A stretch of 24,000 bases of DNA from Archaeoglobales archaeon (GTDB taxonomy: Archaea; Halobacteriota; Archaeoglobi; Archaeoglobales; Archaeoglobaceae): assembly GCA_003662995.1 (NCBI GenBank), contig QMZC01000008.1, positions 16,197-40,196 of the forward strand, written 5' to 3'. A program made the position numbers and the translations under genes. Positions 1 through 7,573 of this stretch are shown here, in pieces. The notes under the pieces were generated by a model. That model did not search any database and was not told the DNA's origin. It saw only the letters and a list, made by a program, of their open reading frames with translations. Positions within the stretch are counted from its first letter, which is position 1. The number at the start of each line of letters is the position of its first letter.

Positions 1-41
1 ACCACTCCACTCTCCCCTTCTCTAAGCTCACTCAACTTCAT
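1..41 (-). CDS. 5' end of a gene running off the left edge; visible N-terminus MKLSELREGESGVV is FeoA-like (small SH3-like iron-transport / DtxR C-terminal domain family)
   Basis: Reverse complement of 1-41 reads ATG AAG TTG AGT GAG CTT AGA GAA GGG GAG AGT GGA GTG GT. Only 13 codons are visible, so the family call rests on the recalled FeoA N-terminal pattern M-x-L-S-E-L-x-x-G-E-x-G-x-V. Confidence 0.3.
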   Translation of the reverse strand, partial: MKLSELREGESGV

Positions 42-88
42 TATGTATACATTTTAATTTCGGGTATGATATATTTAACCCTAATACA

Positions 89-123
89 ATTAGGTTTCTA
101 GGTTTATCACCTAAGAACCTAAT
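89..123. promoter_or_regulatory. 35-bp imperfect palindrome ATTAGGTTTCTAGGTTT-A-TCACCTAAGAACCTAAT built from TTAGGTT / AACCTAA half-sites (DtxR/IdeR iron-box-like). Candidate operator for the leftward FeoA-like gene.
   Basis: Arms 89-105 and 107-123 pair at 13 of 17 positions, centred on A106. The outer 8 nt ATTAGGTT/AACCTAAT pair perfectly. The inner TAGGT-N5-ACCTA shares the same centre. A further AACCCTAAT sits at 77-85. The region lies between the lonB stop (183) and the leftward ATG (41). Confidence 0.35.
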
Positions 124-149
124 AAGTATAGAATTGCAAATTTTTATAA

Positions 150-182
150 AACTTAAAAATAAACAAAATCAAGAATAGAAAA
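150..182 (-). terminator. Oligo-T tracts (minus strand) directly after the lonB stop codon
   Basis: On the minus strand the stop TAA (185-183) is followed by TTTT (182-179), TTTT (168-165) and TTTTT (159-155). Oligo-T runs are the usual archaeal termination signal. Confidence 0.4.
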
Positions 183-2048
183 TTATGCCTCTAAGGCAGT
201 TATCTCCCTCAACTTGCCTAATAATCTGTTTTTTCCGTCTCCTCCAACCAAAGCGTGCTCTAAAACCTCATTAATTTTTGAAACGGGTATTATTTCAATC
301 TTACCTTCATGTTCTGCATCTAGCAACACGTCATCTATGTTATCCTTTGGAACTATGACCTTCTTTATCCCAGCTTGGATTGCTGCTTCTATCTTCTGCG
401 TAACACCGCCAACTGGCAACACCTCACCCTTAACTGACAAACTTCCAGTCATTGCAACAGATTGATCAACTGGTATGTTCTCCATTGCTGAAATCACGGC
501 AGTTGCTATACTTATGCTTGCAGAATCCCCTTCAACACCCTCGTAAGTTCCAACAAATTGGATGTGTACGTCTTTATTCGATATGTCCTTTCCTGTAAAC
601 TTCTTGATTATTGCAGATACGTTCATAACAGCTTCCCTAGCAATTTCCTGCAGTCTACCAGTTGCTATAACCCTCCCCTCCTCCTTACTCAACGCTGGTG
701 TTATCTCAGCTATAATCGGCAATACCACTCCCGCAGACTCGCCAATGACAGCCAGTCCATTGACTCTACCAACCTCCTCACCCTCATTGACAAACAGCCT
801 GTAGTCTTTTCTCCTCTCAATGTACTTGTCAGCCAATTGCTCTTCAATCGTTTTCGCAATCTTTTTAGCCTTGAGTATGTGTTCAACCCTAACCACATCT
901 GCCCCCTCAGCCCTTGCAATGTCTCCAGCGGTTCTTATCAATCCACCAAGCTCTCTTAATCTTAAAGTTAGATGATTTCTCCTTCCAGCTCTTCTTTTAG
1001 CCTCTTTAATTATCTCAGCAACCGCATACTTATCTAGATGTGGTATCTTGCCATCCCTAACGACTTCCTGCGCAACAAATCTAACAAATTTCCTCCTGTT
1101 CTCAAGTGTATCTTCAATTGTGTCATTCATGTAAACTTCATAGCCGTAACCTTCAATTCTGCTTCGTAATGCAGGATGCATGCCCATCAACGCATCCAAA
1201 TTCCCTGCAGCAACCAAAATGAAATCGCATGGGACAGGATCAGTCCTAACCATCGCTCCACTACTCCTTTCAGATTGCCCAGTAATTGGAAACTTCTTTT
1301 CTTGGAGGGCTGTCAAAATCTTTTGTTGCGATTCTATTGTTAGCGTATTAATTTCATCAATGTACAAAACACCCCTGTGCGCTCTATGAATCGCTCCAGC
1401 CTCAACTCTCTCATGCGCTGGCGTCTCTAAACCACCAGACTGAAACGGGTCATGCCTAACATCACCAAACAGAGCTCCTGCGTGAGCGCCGGTAGCATCT
1501 TCAAACGGGGCTGTCTCTTTATTTTCATTGCTAACCAACAATTTTGGAATATTTCTTTCCTCTTTTGGCAGCATGTATCTGGCAACTAAAAACAGCAAAG
1601 CTCCAGCAATTATTCCCCACAAAAGTTGTCTTTCAATCAGTATAGCATAACCAACAATGAGGAAGATTAACATAAATAAAAAGAAGTTCCTTGCCTGCGT
1701 TTTCTTCATCGCCTCCTGCTTGTAAGCCTCAACTATTTCCTTACCTTTACCGGCAGGAACCGTCCTAATTTTTGGATGGTTCGGGTCTTCATGATTTGGA
1801 TAAACCAAGATGTCTTCTAGCTCCTCTTTTGGCAATAGCTCAGCCATCGCCTTGGCAAGCATGGATTTGCCTGTACCAGGAGAGCCGATTAACATGACGT
1901 GTCTTTTTTGTACGGCAGCCTTTTTTATAGCTTCAACAGCATGATCCTGTCCAATAACCTGATCAATTAATCTTTTCGGGACTTCTATTTCTTGAGTTGT
2001 CTCAAATTCCAAACCTCCAAGCAGATCATTAATTTTTTCTGAGTCCAT
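183..2048 (-). CDS. lonB: Archaeal membrane-bound ATP-dependent Lon protease (LonB type)
   Basis: 621-aa ORF. Walker A is GSPGTGKS and Walker B-like is VLYIDEI. Two hydrophobic helices (FFLFMLIFLIVGYAILI, LLWGIIAGALLFLVARYML) are inserted inside the AAA+ module. The C-terminal Lon proteolytic domain has the Ser motif GDSASIS and the Lys in GVTQKIEAA. Confidence 0.95.
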   Translation of the reverse strand: MDSEKINDLLGGLEFETTQEIEVPKRLIDQVIGQDHAVEAIKKAAVQKRHVMLIGSPGTGKSMLAKAMAELLPKEELEDILVYPNHEDPNHPKIRTVPAGKGKEIVEAYKQEAMKKTQARNFFLFMLIFLIVGYAILIERQLLWGIIAGALLFLVARYMLPKEERNIPKLLVSNENKETAPFEDATGAHAGALFGDVRHDPFQSGGLETPAHERVEAGAIHRAHRGVLYIDEINTLTIESQQKILTALQEKKFPITGQSERSSGAMVRTDPVPCDFILVAAGNLDALMGMHPALRSRIEGYGYEVYMNDTIEDTLENRRKFVRFVAQEVVRDGKIPHLDKYAVAEIIKEAKRRAGRRNHLTLRLRELGGLIRTAGDIARAEGADVVRVEHILKAKKIAKTIEEQLADKYIERRKDYRLFVNEGEEVGRVNGLAVIGESAGVVLPIIAEITPALSKEEGRVIATGRLQEIAREAVMNVSAIIKKFTGKDISNKDVHIQFVGTYEGVEGDSASISIATAVISAMENIPVDQSVAMTGSLSVKGEVLPVGGVTQKIEAAIQAGIKKVIVPKDNIDDVLLDAEHEGKIEIIPVSKINEVLEHALVGGDGKNRLLGKLREITALEA

Positions 2049-2138
2049 TGGTGAAATTATTAGCTTAAAATTTAAATAAATTATGCAGGTACTTTAAATT
2101 CAAAATTTTAATTAAAAATAGGCATTAATCTGTACCAA

Positions 2139-2504
2139 TCAATCCACTGTTGCTCTCCTTAAAAACCACACCTCCATTTTTATGCACCTGTTGGTCTCGC
2201 AGTCCACCTCTAGACAGCCAAAGCATGGTGGTAATCCAGCTAAGTCCTCCATTTTCTCCATTATCGCCATCAGGTTGAGCTCTTCCTCTTCCTCCTCTTC
2301 CTCCTCTGCTCCTGCTGGAACTATCTTAAAAGTTTTTACACCATCGACAACAACCTCTACTCTCCTAATCAAACCTTCTTTCTCCAGCTTTCTGAGAATT
2401 CTTGAGCATTTACTGCTATCTATCTTCAACTCCTTCCATAAATCCTTTTGTAAAACAGATCCCTTTTGCTCTAGTATTTGCAGAATCTCCTCTCTCGTAT
2501 CCAT
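2139..2504 (-). CDS. Winged-helix DNA-binding protein with a poly-Glu linker and a C-terminal CX2CX4CX4C motif
   Basis: 121-aa ORF. The N-terminal wHTH-like block is EEILQILEQKGSVLQKDLWKELKIDSSKCSRILRKLEKEGLIRRVEVVVDGVKTFKIV. It is followed by a run of nine Glu and then PPCFGCLEVDCETNRC. The gene starts 6 nt after the Sm gene stop, so co-transcription is likely. Confidence 0.7.
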   Translation of the reverse strand: MDTREEILQILEQKGSVLQKDLWKELKIDSSKCSRILRKLEKEGLIRRVEVVVDGVKTFKIVPAGAEEEEEEEEELNLMAIMEKMEDLAGLPPCFGCLEVDCETNRCIKMEVWFLRRATVD

Positions 2505-2510
2505 CTGAGA

Positions 2511-2735
2511 TTAGACCTCGTAAGGTTGAATCAGAATGACATTGTTACCTCTCAGTACTATATTGCCCAAGTTCCTAAGCTTCTCCCCGTTTTTGTATTC
2601 CATTGCATTGCTCAAAAACAGGTTCATGTAGTCGTCTACTCCCTCCAGTTTACCAACTAAGTCGCTTTCTTCTCCCTTCATCTCAACCCTGATCGTCTTG
2701 CCGATTAACGACTTCACCATCTGATTCGGAAGCAT
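2511..2735 (-). CDS. Archaeal Sm-like (LSm/SmAP) RNA-binding protein
   Basis: Sm1/Sm2 motifs are present: IGKTIRVEMKGEESDLVGKLEGVDDYMNLFLSNA ... IVLRGNNVILIQP. The ORF track starts at GTG 2762. An ATG at 2735 is preceded by AGGTGAT with a 4-nt spacer and gives a ~74-aa protein starting MLPNQMVKS, a typical size for archaeal Sm proteins. Confidence 0.9.
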   Translation of the reverse strand: MLPNQMVKSLIGKTIRVEMKGEESDLVGKLEGVDDYMNLFLSNAMEYKNGEKLRNLGNIVLRGNNVILIQPYEV

Positions 2736-2880
2736 CTCTATCACCTTTTTCTTTTCTACCACTTTACTATATTTTCAAAATATTTTAGGGTTATGGTGTT
2801 TTGATTGCTGTTTTACACCACACAAGATGGGTAGAGAATTAGCAAAAACCGTATATATATCTTTCCTCTTTGCTTTCCTA

Positions 2881-3786
2881 ATGATCGTCGTAACTGGAGG
2901 GGCAGGTTTTATTGGTAGTTATGTAGTTGATGAATTAATTTCGAAAGGTTTTGAAGTCGTTGTGTTTGACAATCTGTCTTCAGGAAATCCCGATTATGTC
3001 AACGCTAAGGCTAAGCTTTACAAGATTGATTTGGTAAAGGATGAGCTTAAGCTTAAAGATGTTGAGGAAGTCTGGCACATAGCTGCAAATCCAGATGTAA
3101 GAGTTGGTTTGGAAAACCCAGATGAAATATATAATAACAACATACTTGCAACTTATAGAGTTTTGGAGGCGATGAGGAAGTACGATGTGGATAGGATAGT
3201 TTTTACATCTACATCAACCGTTTATGGAGAGGCTGAGCAAATTCCTACACCTGAAGAGAACCCAATGCATCCCATATCTCTGTATGGGGCTTCAAAGCTT
3301 GCATGTGAAGCTTTGATTGAATCGTACTGTCACACCTTTGACATAAAAAGCTGGATATACAGATTCGCAAACGTAATTGGTAAGCGGAGCAACCATGGTG
3401 TAATCTACGATTTTATAATGAAGTTAAAGAAAAATCCTAATGAGCTGGAGATTTTGGGAGATGGAGAGCAAAACAAGTCCTATATTTACATCTCAGATTG
3501 CATTGATGCGATGTTTTGTGGATTAAAAACAAAAGACAAGGTTAACGTCTTCAATATAGGTAGCGAAGATCAGGTTAAAGTAAAGAGGATAGCAGAAATT
3601 GTTAGCGAAGAGATGGGCTTAAAACCAAAATTTAAGTTTACCGGTGGGAAGAGAGGTTGGAAAGGGGATGTACCTTTAATGCTTTTATCAATTGAAAAGC
3701 TGAAATCAATTGGCTGGAAACCAAAGTACAATTCGGAGGAGGCTGTTAGATTAGCTGTTAGGGATTTGTTAGAGGATTTAAATTAA
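2881..3786 (+). CDS. NAD-dependent nucleoside-diphosphate-sugar epimerase/dehydratase (UDP-glucose 4-epimerase-like, SDR family)
   Basis: Rossmann motif VTGGAGFIGS at the N-terminus and catalytic YGASK (YxxxK). The ORF track starts at 2827, but the 18 extra residues are hydrophobic and atypical. A TATATATA box at 2853-2860 sits about 25 nt before ATG 2881 (MIVVTGGAGFIGS), which fits a leaderless start. Confidence 0.85.
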   Translation: MIVVTGGAGFIGSYVVDELISKGFEVVVFDNLSSGNPDYVNAKAKLYKIDLVKDELKLKDVEEVWHIAANPDVRVGLENPDEIYNNNILATYRVLEAMRKYDVDRIVFTSTSTVYGEAEQIPTPEENPMHPISLYGASKLACEALIESYCHTFDIKSWIYRFANVIGKRSNHGVIYDFIMKLKKNPNELEILGDGEQNKSYIYISDCIDAMFCGLKTKDKVNVFNIGSEDQVKVKRIAEIVSEEMGLKPKFKFTGGKRGWKGDVPLMLLSIEKLKSIGWKPKYNSEEAVRLAVRDLLEDLN

Positions 3787-3791
3787 ATACA

Positions 3792-4766
3792 ATGATTCAC
3801 ATAATACTCCATCTTTCAAAGAAGCTTGTTTCACTGATCAAGGAAAAGAAGGTGTTGCTCTATGCAGGTATATACATCCTTTGCTTGTGGACAGTCGCGA
3901 CAATTGTCTTCCACTACATTGAGAAAATCTCCATCTTCGACTCTCTTTACTGGGCTGTTACAACAACCACAACCGTCGGTTATGGAGACATCACACCACA
4001 AACTCCCATTGGCAAGGTTTTTTCGATGATAGTCATGGTAAGCGGGATTGGTGTTTTGGGTTTGTTTTTGGCATCAATTGCAGACATTTTAATAGAGCAA
4101 AGCTTAAGAAGAAGGCGTGTAAGGGCGATTATGGAAAACCACGTCGTGGTGCTGGGTTGGGATAAAAAGGTTGAGACTGCTGTTAAAGAGCTACTTTCTG
4201 AAGGTAAAGAAGTTGTTGTAATCGCTGAAGTTGATGACATTCCTTTGGAACGTTCAAACCTCGTTTTTATTAAAGGTGATCCCACAGATGAGGAGAATTT
4301 AAAGAGAGCTAATGCTGATAAGGCTACTTTTTCTTTAATTTCAGGAAAGAACGATACTGAAACTCTGTTGGCGGCGATAGCGATTAAAAAGATGAATAAA
4401 AAAATTCAGATCACGTGTGTTGTTTCCGATCCGAAGGTGACGAAGGCGTTGGAAAGCGTAGGTGTTGATCAGGTTTTGTCGGTCGATGAATTCTTTGGAT
4501 TGGCTTTATCAAGATCAATATTCGTTCCCAAGATTTCTGTTTTCTTGAATGAGATTATGGCAACCAAGGGCATGGACGTGTATCAACAAAAAGTTCCTGA
4601 GTTTGAAGGCTTGTATTTCTTTGATTTGATGAAGGAGTTGAAGGAGAGGAACAATGCTATATTGCTGGGAATTGTTAGAGATGGACACGTGATTTTAAAT
4701 CCTAAAAAAGATGAGAAAATTGGCAGGGATGATGAAATACTCTACATTGCGGAGAGTCAGATTTGA
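3792..4766 (+). CDS. Two-TM K+ channel with C-terminal RCK/TrkA-N gating domain (MthK-like)
   Basis: Selectivity filter TTVGYGD lies between two hydrophobic helices. The C-terminal RCK domain starts at HVVVLGWDKKVETAVKELLSEGKEVVVIAE and includes KGDPTDEENLKRANADKA. Confidence 0.9.
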   Translation: MIHIILHLSKKLVSLIKEKKVLLYAGIYILCLWTVATIVFHYIEKISIFDSLYWAVTTTTTVGYGDITPQTPIGKVFSMIVMVSGIGVLGLFLASIADILIEQSLRRRRVRAIMENHVVVLGWDKKVETAVKELLSEGKEVVVIAEVDDIPLERSNLVFIKGDPTDEENLKRANADKATFSLISGKNDTETLLAAIAIKKMNKKIQITCVVSDPKVTKALESVGVDQVLSVDEFFGLALSRSIFVPKISVFLNEIMATKGMDVYQQKVPEFEGLYFFDLMKELKERNNAILLGIVRDGHVILNPKKDEKIGRDDEILYIAESQI

Positions 4767-4844
4767 ATATTCAAAAACAGTTAGTCAAAAGATTTAAATA
4801 ATATCCTACCAAAAATTATGAAATCAAATTTGGAGGTGTGAGAT

Positions 4845-5048
4845 TTGGAAAGTTTCGTTAGAGAACCCCCAGTAAGTGTGGGGGACATTAGAACCGTGAA
4901 AATAGAGGCTATAGGTAGTGGGGGAGACGGAATTGCTAAGATAAGTGGTTTTGTAATCTTCGTACCCAACGCAAAGTTGAATGATGAGGTTACGATTAGG
5001 GTTACTAAAGTCTTGAGAAAGTACGCTTTTGCCGAGTTGGTAGAATAA
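4845..5048 (+). CDS. Stand-alone TRAM-domain RNA-binding protein
   Basis: 67-aa ORF with a TTG start 6 nt after GGAGGTG (4832-4838). TATA TTTAAATA lies at 4793-4800. The sequence VGDIRTVKIEAIGSGGDGIAKISGFVIFVPNAKLNDEVTIRVTKV matches the TRAM beta-barrel pattern. Confidence 0.8.
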   Translation: MESFVREPPVSVGDIRTVKIEAIGSGGDGIAKISGFVIFVPNAKLNDEVTIRVTKVLRKYAFAELVE

Positions 5049-5144
5049 TTGGAATTTAGAAGTTTAATTGGATTTTTCATTTTTAATTTTTATTAGTTAG
5101 CCTAAGATTTTTTAATTGAGCTGAGAATGTGTGGATGTGATTAC

Positions 5145-5966
5145 ATGGACTTGAATTCAAAGCTTGAAAAACTGTTGAATTTCATAAGGAGTTTCAAAAG
5201 TGTTGTTATCGCTTTTAGCGGAGGAGTTGATAGCTCCACTTTAGCAGCTTTGTGTGCTAAGGAGTTGAGTAAAGTTGTTGCTGTAACCGTAGTCTCACCA
5301 ATCACACCCTCAAGGGAAATAGAGAATGCTAAGAAAGCTGCAAAGGAGATTGGAATCAAACATGAATTTATTGAGGTAAATCCGCTTGAAGATCCAAATT
5401 TTGTAAGAAATACGCTGGATAGATGTTATTATTGTAAAAGAAACCTGATAAAGTCACTGATAGATTTTGGAGAGAGAAGAGGTTATTCGGTAATTTTCGA
5501 AGGGACAAATGTGGATGAATTGAAAGAACATAGACCCGGTTACAAAGCTGTTAAAAGCTTTGAAAACGTTTATAGCCCTTGGGCTAAATTTGGATTTAGA
5601 AAGGATGAAATAAGGGCAATAGCCAAAGAAATGGGGTTCTCATTTTACAATAAACAACCTTTGGCATGCCTTGCCACCCGCATTCCTTACGGTGTGGAAA
5701 TAGATGGAAAGAAGTTGAAGATGGTTGATGAGGCTGAAAATGCAATTCTGGATGTTGTTGAATTGAGTCAGATTAGGGTGAGAAACCTCAACAACGTTGC
5801 TGTAATAGAGGTTGAGAGAGACGAAATAGAGAAATTTTTTGATGTAAACGTTATTAGTAAGATTGTGGAGGAGCTGAAAAAAGTGGGTTTCAAGCAGGTT
5901 TTGATAGATTTGGAAGGATATAAGAGTGGGAAGTTGAGTTATCATTCGGATAATGTTAAACCTTAA
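5145..5966 (+). CDS. PP-loop ATP pyrophosphatase of the LarE-like family (COG1606/TIGR00268-type ATP-utilising enzyme)
   Basis: PP-loop AFSGGVDSS, plus conserved RCYYCK and PLACLATRIPYG motifs. The ORF track starts at 5127 (MCGCDY-). The ATG at 5145 (MDLNSKLEKLL) gives the usual spacing to the PP-loop. Confidence 0.75.
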   Translation: MDLNSKLEKLLNFIRSFKSVVIAFSGGVDSSTLAALCAKELSKVVAVTVVSPITPSREIENAKKAAKEIGIKHEFIEVNPLEDPNFVRNTLDRCYYCKRNLIKSLIDFGERRGYSVIFEGTNVDELKEHRPGYKAVKSFENVYSPWAKFGFRKDEIRAIAKEMGFSFYNKQPLACLATRIPYGVEIDGKKLKMVDEAENAILDVVELSQIRVRNLNNVAVIEVERDEIEKFFDVNVISKIVEELKKVGFKQVLIDLEGYKSGKLSYHSDNVKP

Positions 5967-6130
5967 GTGTCATCAAGTGGGAAATCTTAGCCAAGATCCA
6001 GAGGCTATGAGTTTGGACAAAATTCTAAATCAACAACTTCCGAAACGCTGAGGAGGGGAATAAAGAAAGTTGTAACAATGTACTTTGAACTATGACAACG
6101 ATTTTATTACCTTTCATACTTTCATAGCCA

Positions 6131-7573
6131 ATGTCAGAAAATTTCGAAATAGTTGGCAAAGATGTTATGGGTAGAATTGCAAAATTAAAAACACAACATG
6201 GAACTGTCGAAACTCCGACTTTGATGCCGGTAATAAACCCAAATATAGAGTTTATCCCAGCAATAGAAATGAAGAAGTTTGGTGCTGAAATTCTAATCAC
6301 CAATTCATACATAATTCACAGAACAATTGGGGAAGAAGCGTTGGATAAGGGTGTGCACAAAATTTTAGGCGTTGACTTACCAGTAATGACCGACAGTGGA
6401 AGTTATCAGCTTATGGTGTATGGTGATGTGGAAATTGATAACCGAACAATCGTTGATTTCCAGCAAAAAATTGGTTCAGACATAATCGTCCCCCTCGACA
6501 TACCAACACCACCAGATGCTGATTATGATACGGCGTTAAACGACTTGGAAATGACGATTAAAAGGGAGAGGGAGGCTGTTGAGATTGTTAAAGACTCTTT
6601 AATTGCATTGCCAATTCAAGGATCAACACACCTAGATTTGAGAAAAAAATCGGCAGAGGAGGCGATTAAGCTGAATGGAGATGTTTATCCAATTGGTGCA
6701 GTCGTTCCGCTGATGGATGCATACCGATTTACCGATTTGGTGAGAATAATATTAGAAGTCAAGGGAGTTATAAAGACAAAACCCATCCATTTGTTTGGCT
6801 GTGGACATCCGATGATATTTGCCATTGCCGTTGCTTTAGGATGTGATTTGTTTGATTCTGCTGCTTACGCCCTGTATGCTAAGGATGGCAGGTATCTCAC
6901 ACCGTATGGAACAAAGAAGCTTGAGGAACTGCATTACTTTCCATGTTCATGTCCTGTTTGCTTAACCCACACGCCAGAAGAGTTGAGGAGAATGGACAAA
7001 AAAGACAGAGAATTGTTGATTGCTGAACACAATTTGTGGGTCAGTTTTGAGGAATTGAGATTGATAAAACAGGCTATAAAGGAAAATACGTTGTTTGAGT
7101 TGGTTGAGAAGAGAATCAGAAGCCATCCATACTTGGTTGCCGCTTGGAGGAAAATAAAGGAGTATCGGGATTTGATTGAGAAGTTTGACCCAGTCGTAAA
7201 AAAAGCCTTCTTCTATTTAGGCATTGAAAGCATTTACAGACCTGCCGTAAGCAGACATCATAGAAGGGTGTTGGAGTTAATTGAGGATAAACCCGAATTC
7301 AAAATCTCCACGAGTGAATTAATACTTGCTGATTTTTACCTAAAACCCGTATTTGGTGTAATCCCATCTGAATTGATTGAAATTTACCCATGTAGAGCTG
7401 AGATGCCTGAAGTTGAGGTTATTGAAGAAGAGGCTATTATCATTGCTGTTGAAAAATTAAAAGAATTCCTCAACACCCACAGTAATAGGAGATTTCAAAT
7501 ATTTGTTAATGAAGGGTGGTTAAAGTATTTGAAGGACATTCCAGAGAATGGTGTTATCAATGTTATTGATTGA
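6131..7573 (+). CDS. tgtA: Archaeosine tRNA-guanine(15) transglycosylase (arcTGT), short form without C-terminal PUA domain
   Basis: N-terminus FEIVGKDVMGRIAKLKTQHGTVETPTLMPVINPN. Also TDSGSYQLM, PLDIPTPP, LFGCGHP, DSAAYALYAKDGRY, and the Zn site FPCSCPVC...HN. The protein ends at 480 aa with no PUA-like sequence. Confidence 0.9.
   Translation: MSENFEIVGKDVMGRIAKLKTQHGTVETPTLMPVINPNIEFIPAIEMKKFGAEILITNSYIIHRTIGEEALDKGVHKILGVDLPVMTDSGSYQLMVYGDVEIDNRTIVDFQQKIGSDIIVPLDIPTPPDADYDTALNDLEMTIKREREAVEIVKDSLIALPIQGSTHLDLRKKSAEEAIKLNGDVYPIGAVVPLMDAYRFTDLVRIILEVKGVIKTKPIHLFGCGHPMIFAIAVALGCDLFDSAAYALYAKDGRYLTPYGTKKLEELHYFPCSCPVCLTHTPEELRRMDKKDRELLIAEHNLWVSFEELRLIKQAIKENTLFELVEKRIRSHPYLVAAWRKIKEYRDLIEKFDPVVKKAFFYLGIESIYRPAVSRHHRRVLELIEDKPEFKISTSELILADFYLKPVFGVIPSELIEIYPCRAEMPEVEVIEEEAIIIAVEKLKEFLNTHSNRRFQIFVNEGWLKYLKDIPENGVINVID

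Noticed and set aside
214-1389. Several plus-strand ORFs (69-133 aa) inside lonB
   Set aside because: They lie entirely within the high-confidence LonB coding region on the opposite strand. No motifs were recognised.
2182-2508. 108-aa plus-strand ORF with a poly-Ser run
   Set aside because: It is antisense to the poly-Glu-encoding winged-helix gene. The poly-Ser run is the complement of GAG/GAA repeats.
2827-2880. 18-residue N-terminal extension of the epimerase ORF
   Set aside because: The extension is hydrophobic and non-Rossmann. A TATATATA box inside it (2853-2860) is correctly spaced for a leaderless start at ATG 2881.
4781-5080. 99-aa minus-strand ORF overlapping the TRAM gene
   Set aside because: It is antisense to a short gene that has a clear TRAM signature, an SD site and a TATA box. 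The minus-strand ORF has no motif support.
5967-6130. 164-nt spacer before tgtA, checked for a tRNA, C/D-box sRNA or preQ1-type riboswitch
   Set aside because: The only UGAUGA (5972-5977, minus strand) has no CUGA D box in the ~90 nt downstream. The plus-strand CUGA (6048-6051) has no UGAUGA upstream. No cloverleaf-like stems and no preQ1-like motif are visible. Only a TATA-like GATTTTATTA and an 8-nt tandem repeat are seen.
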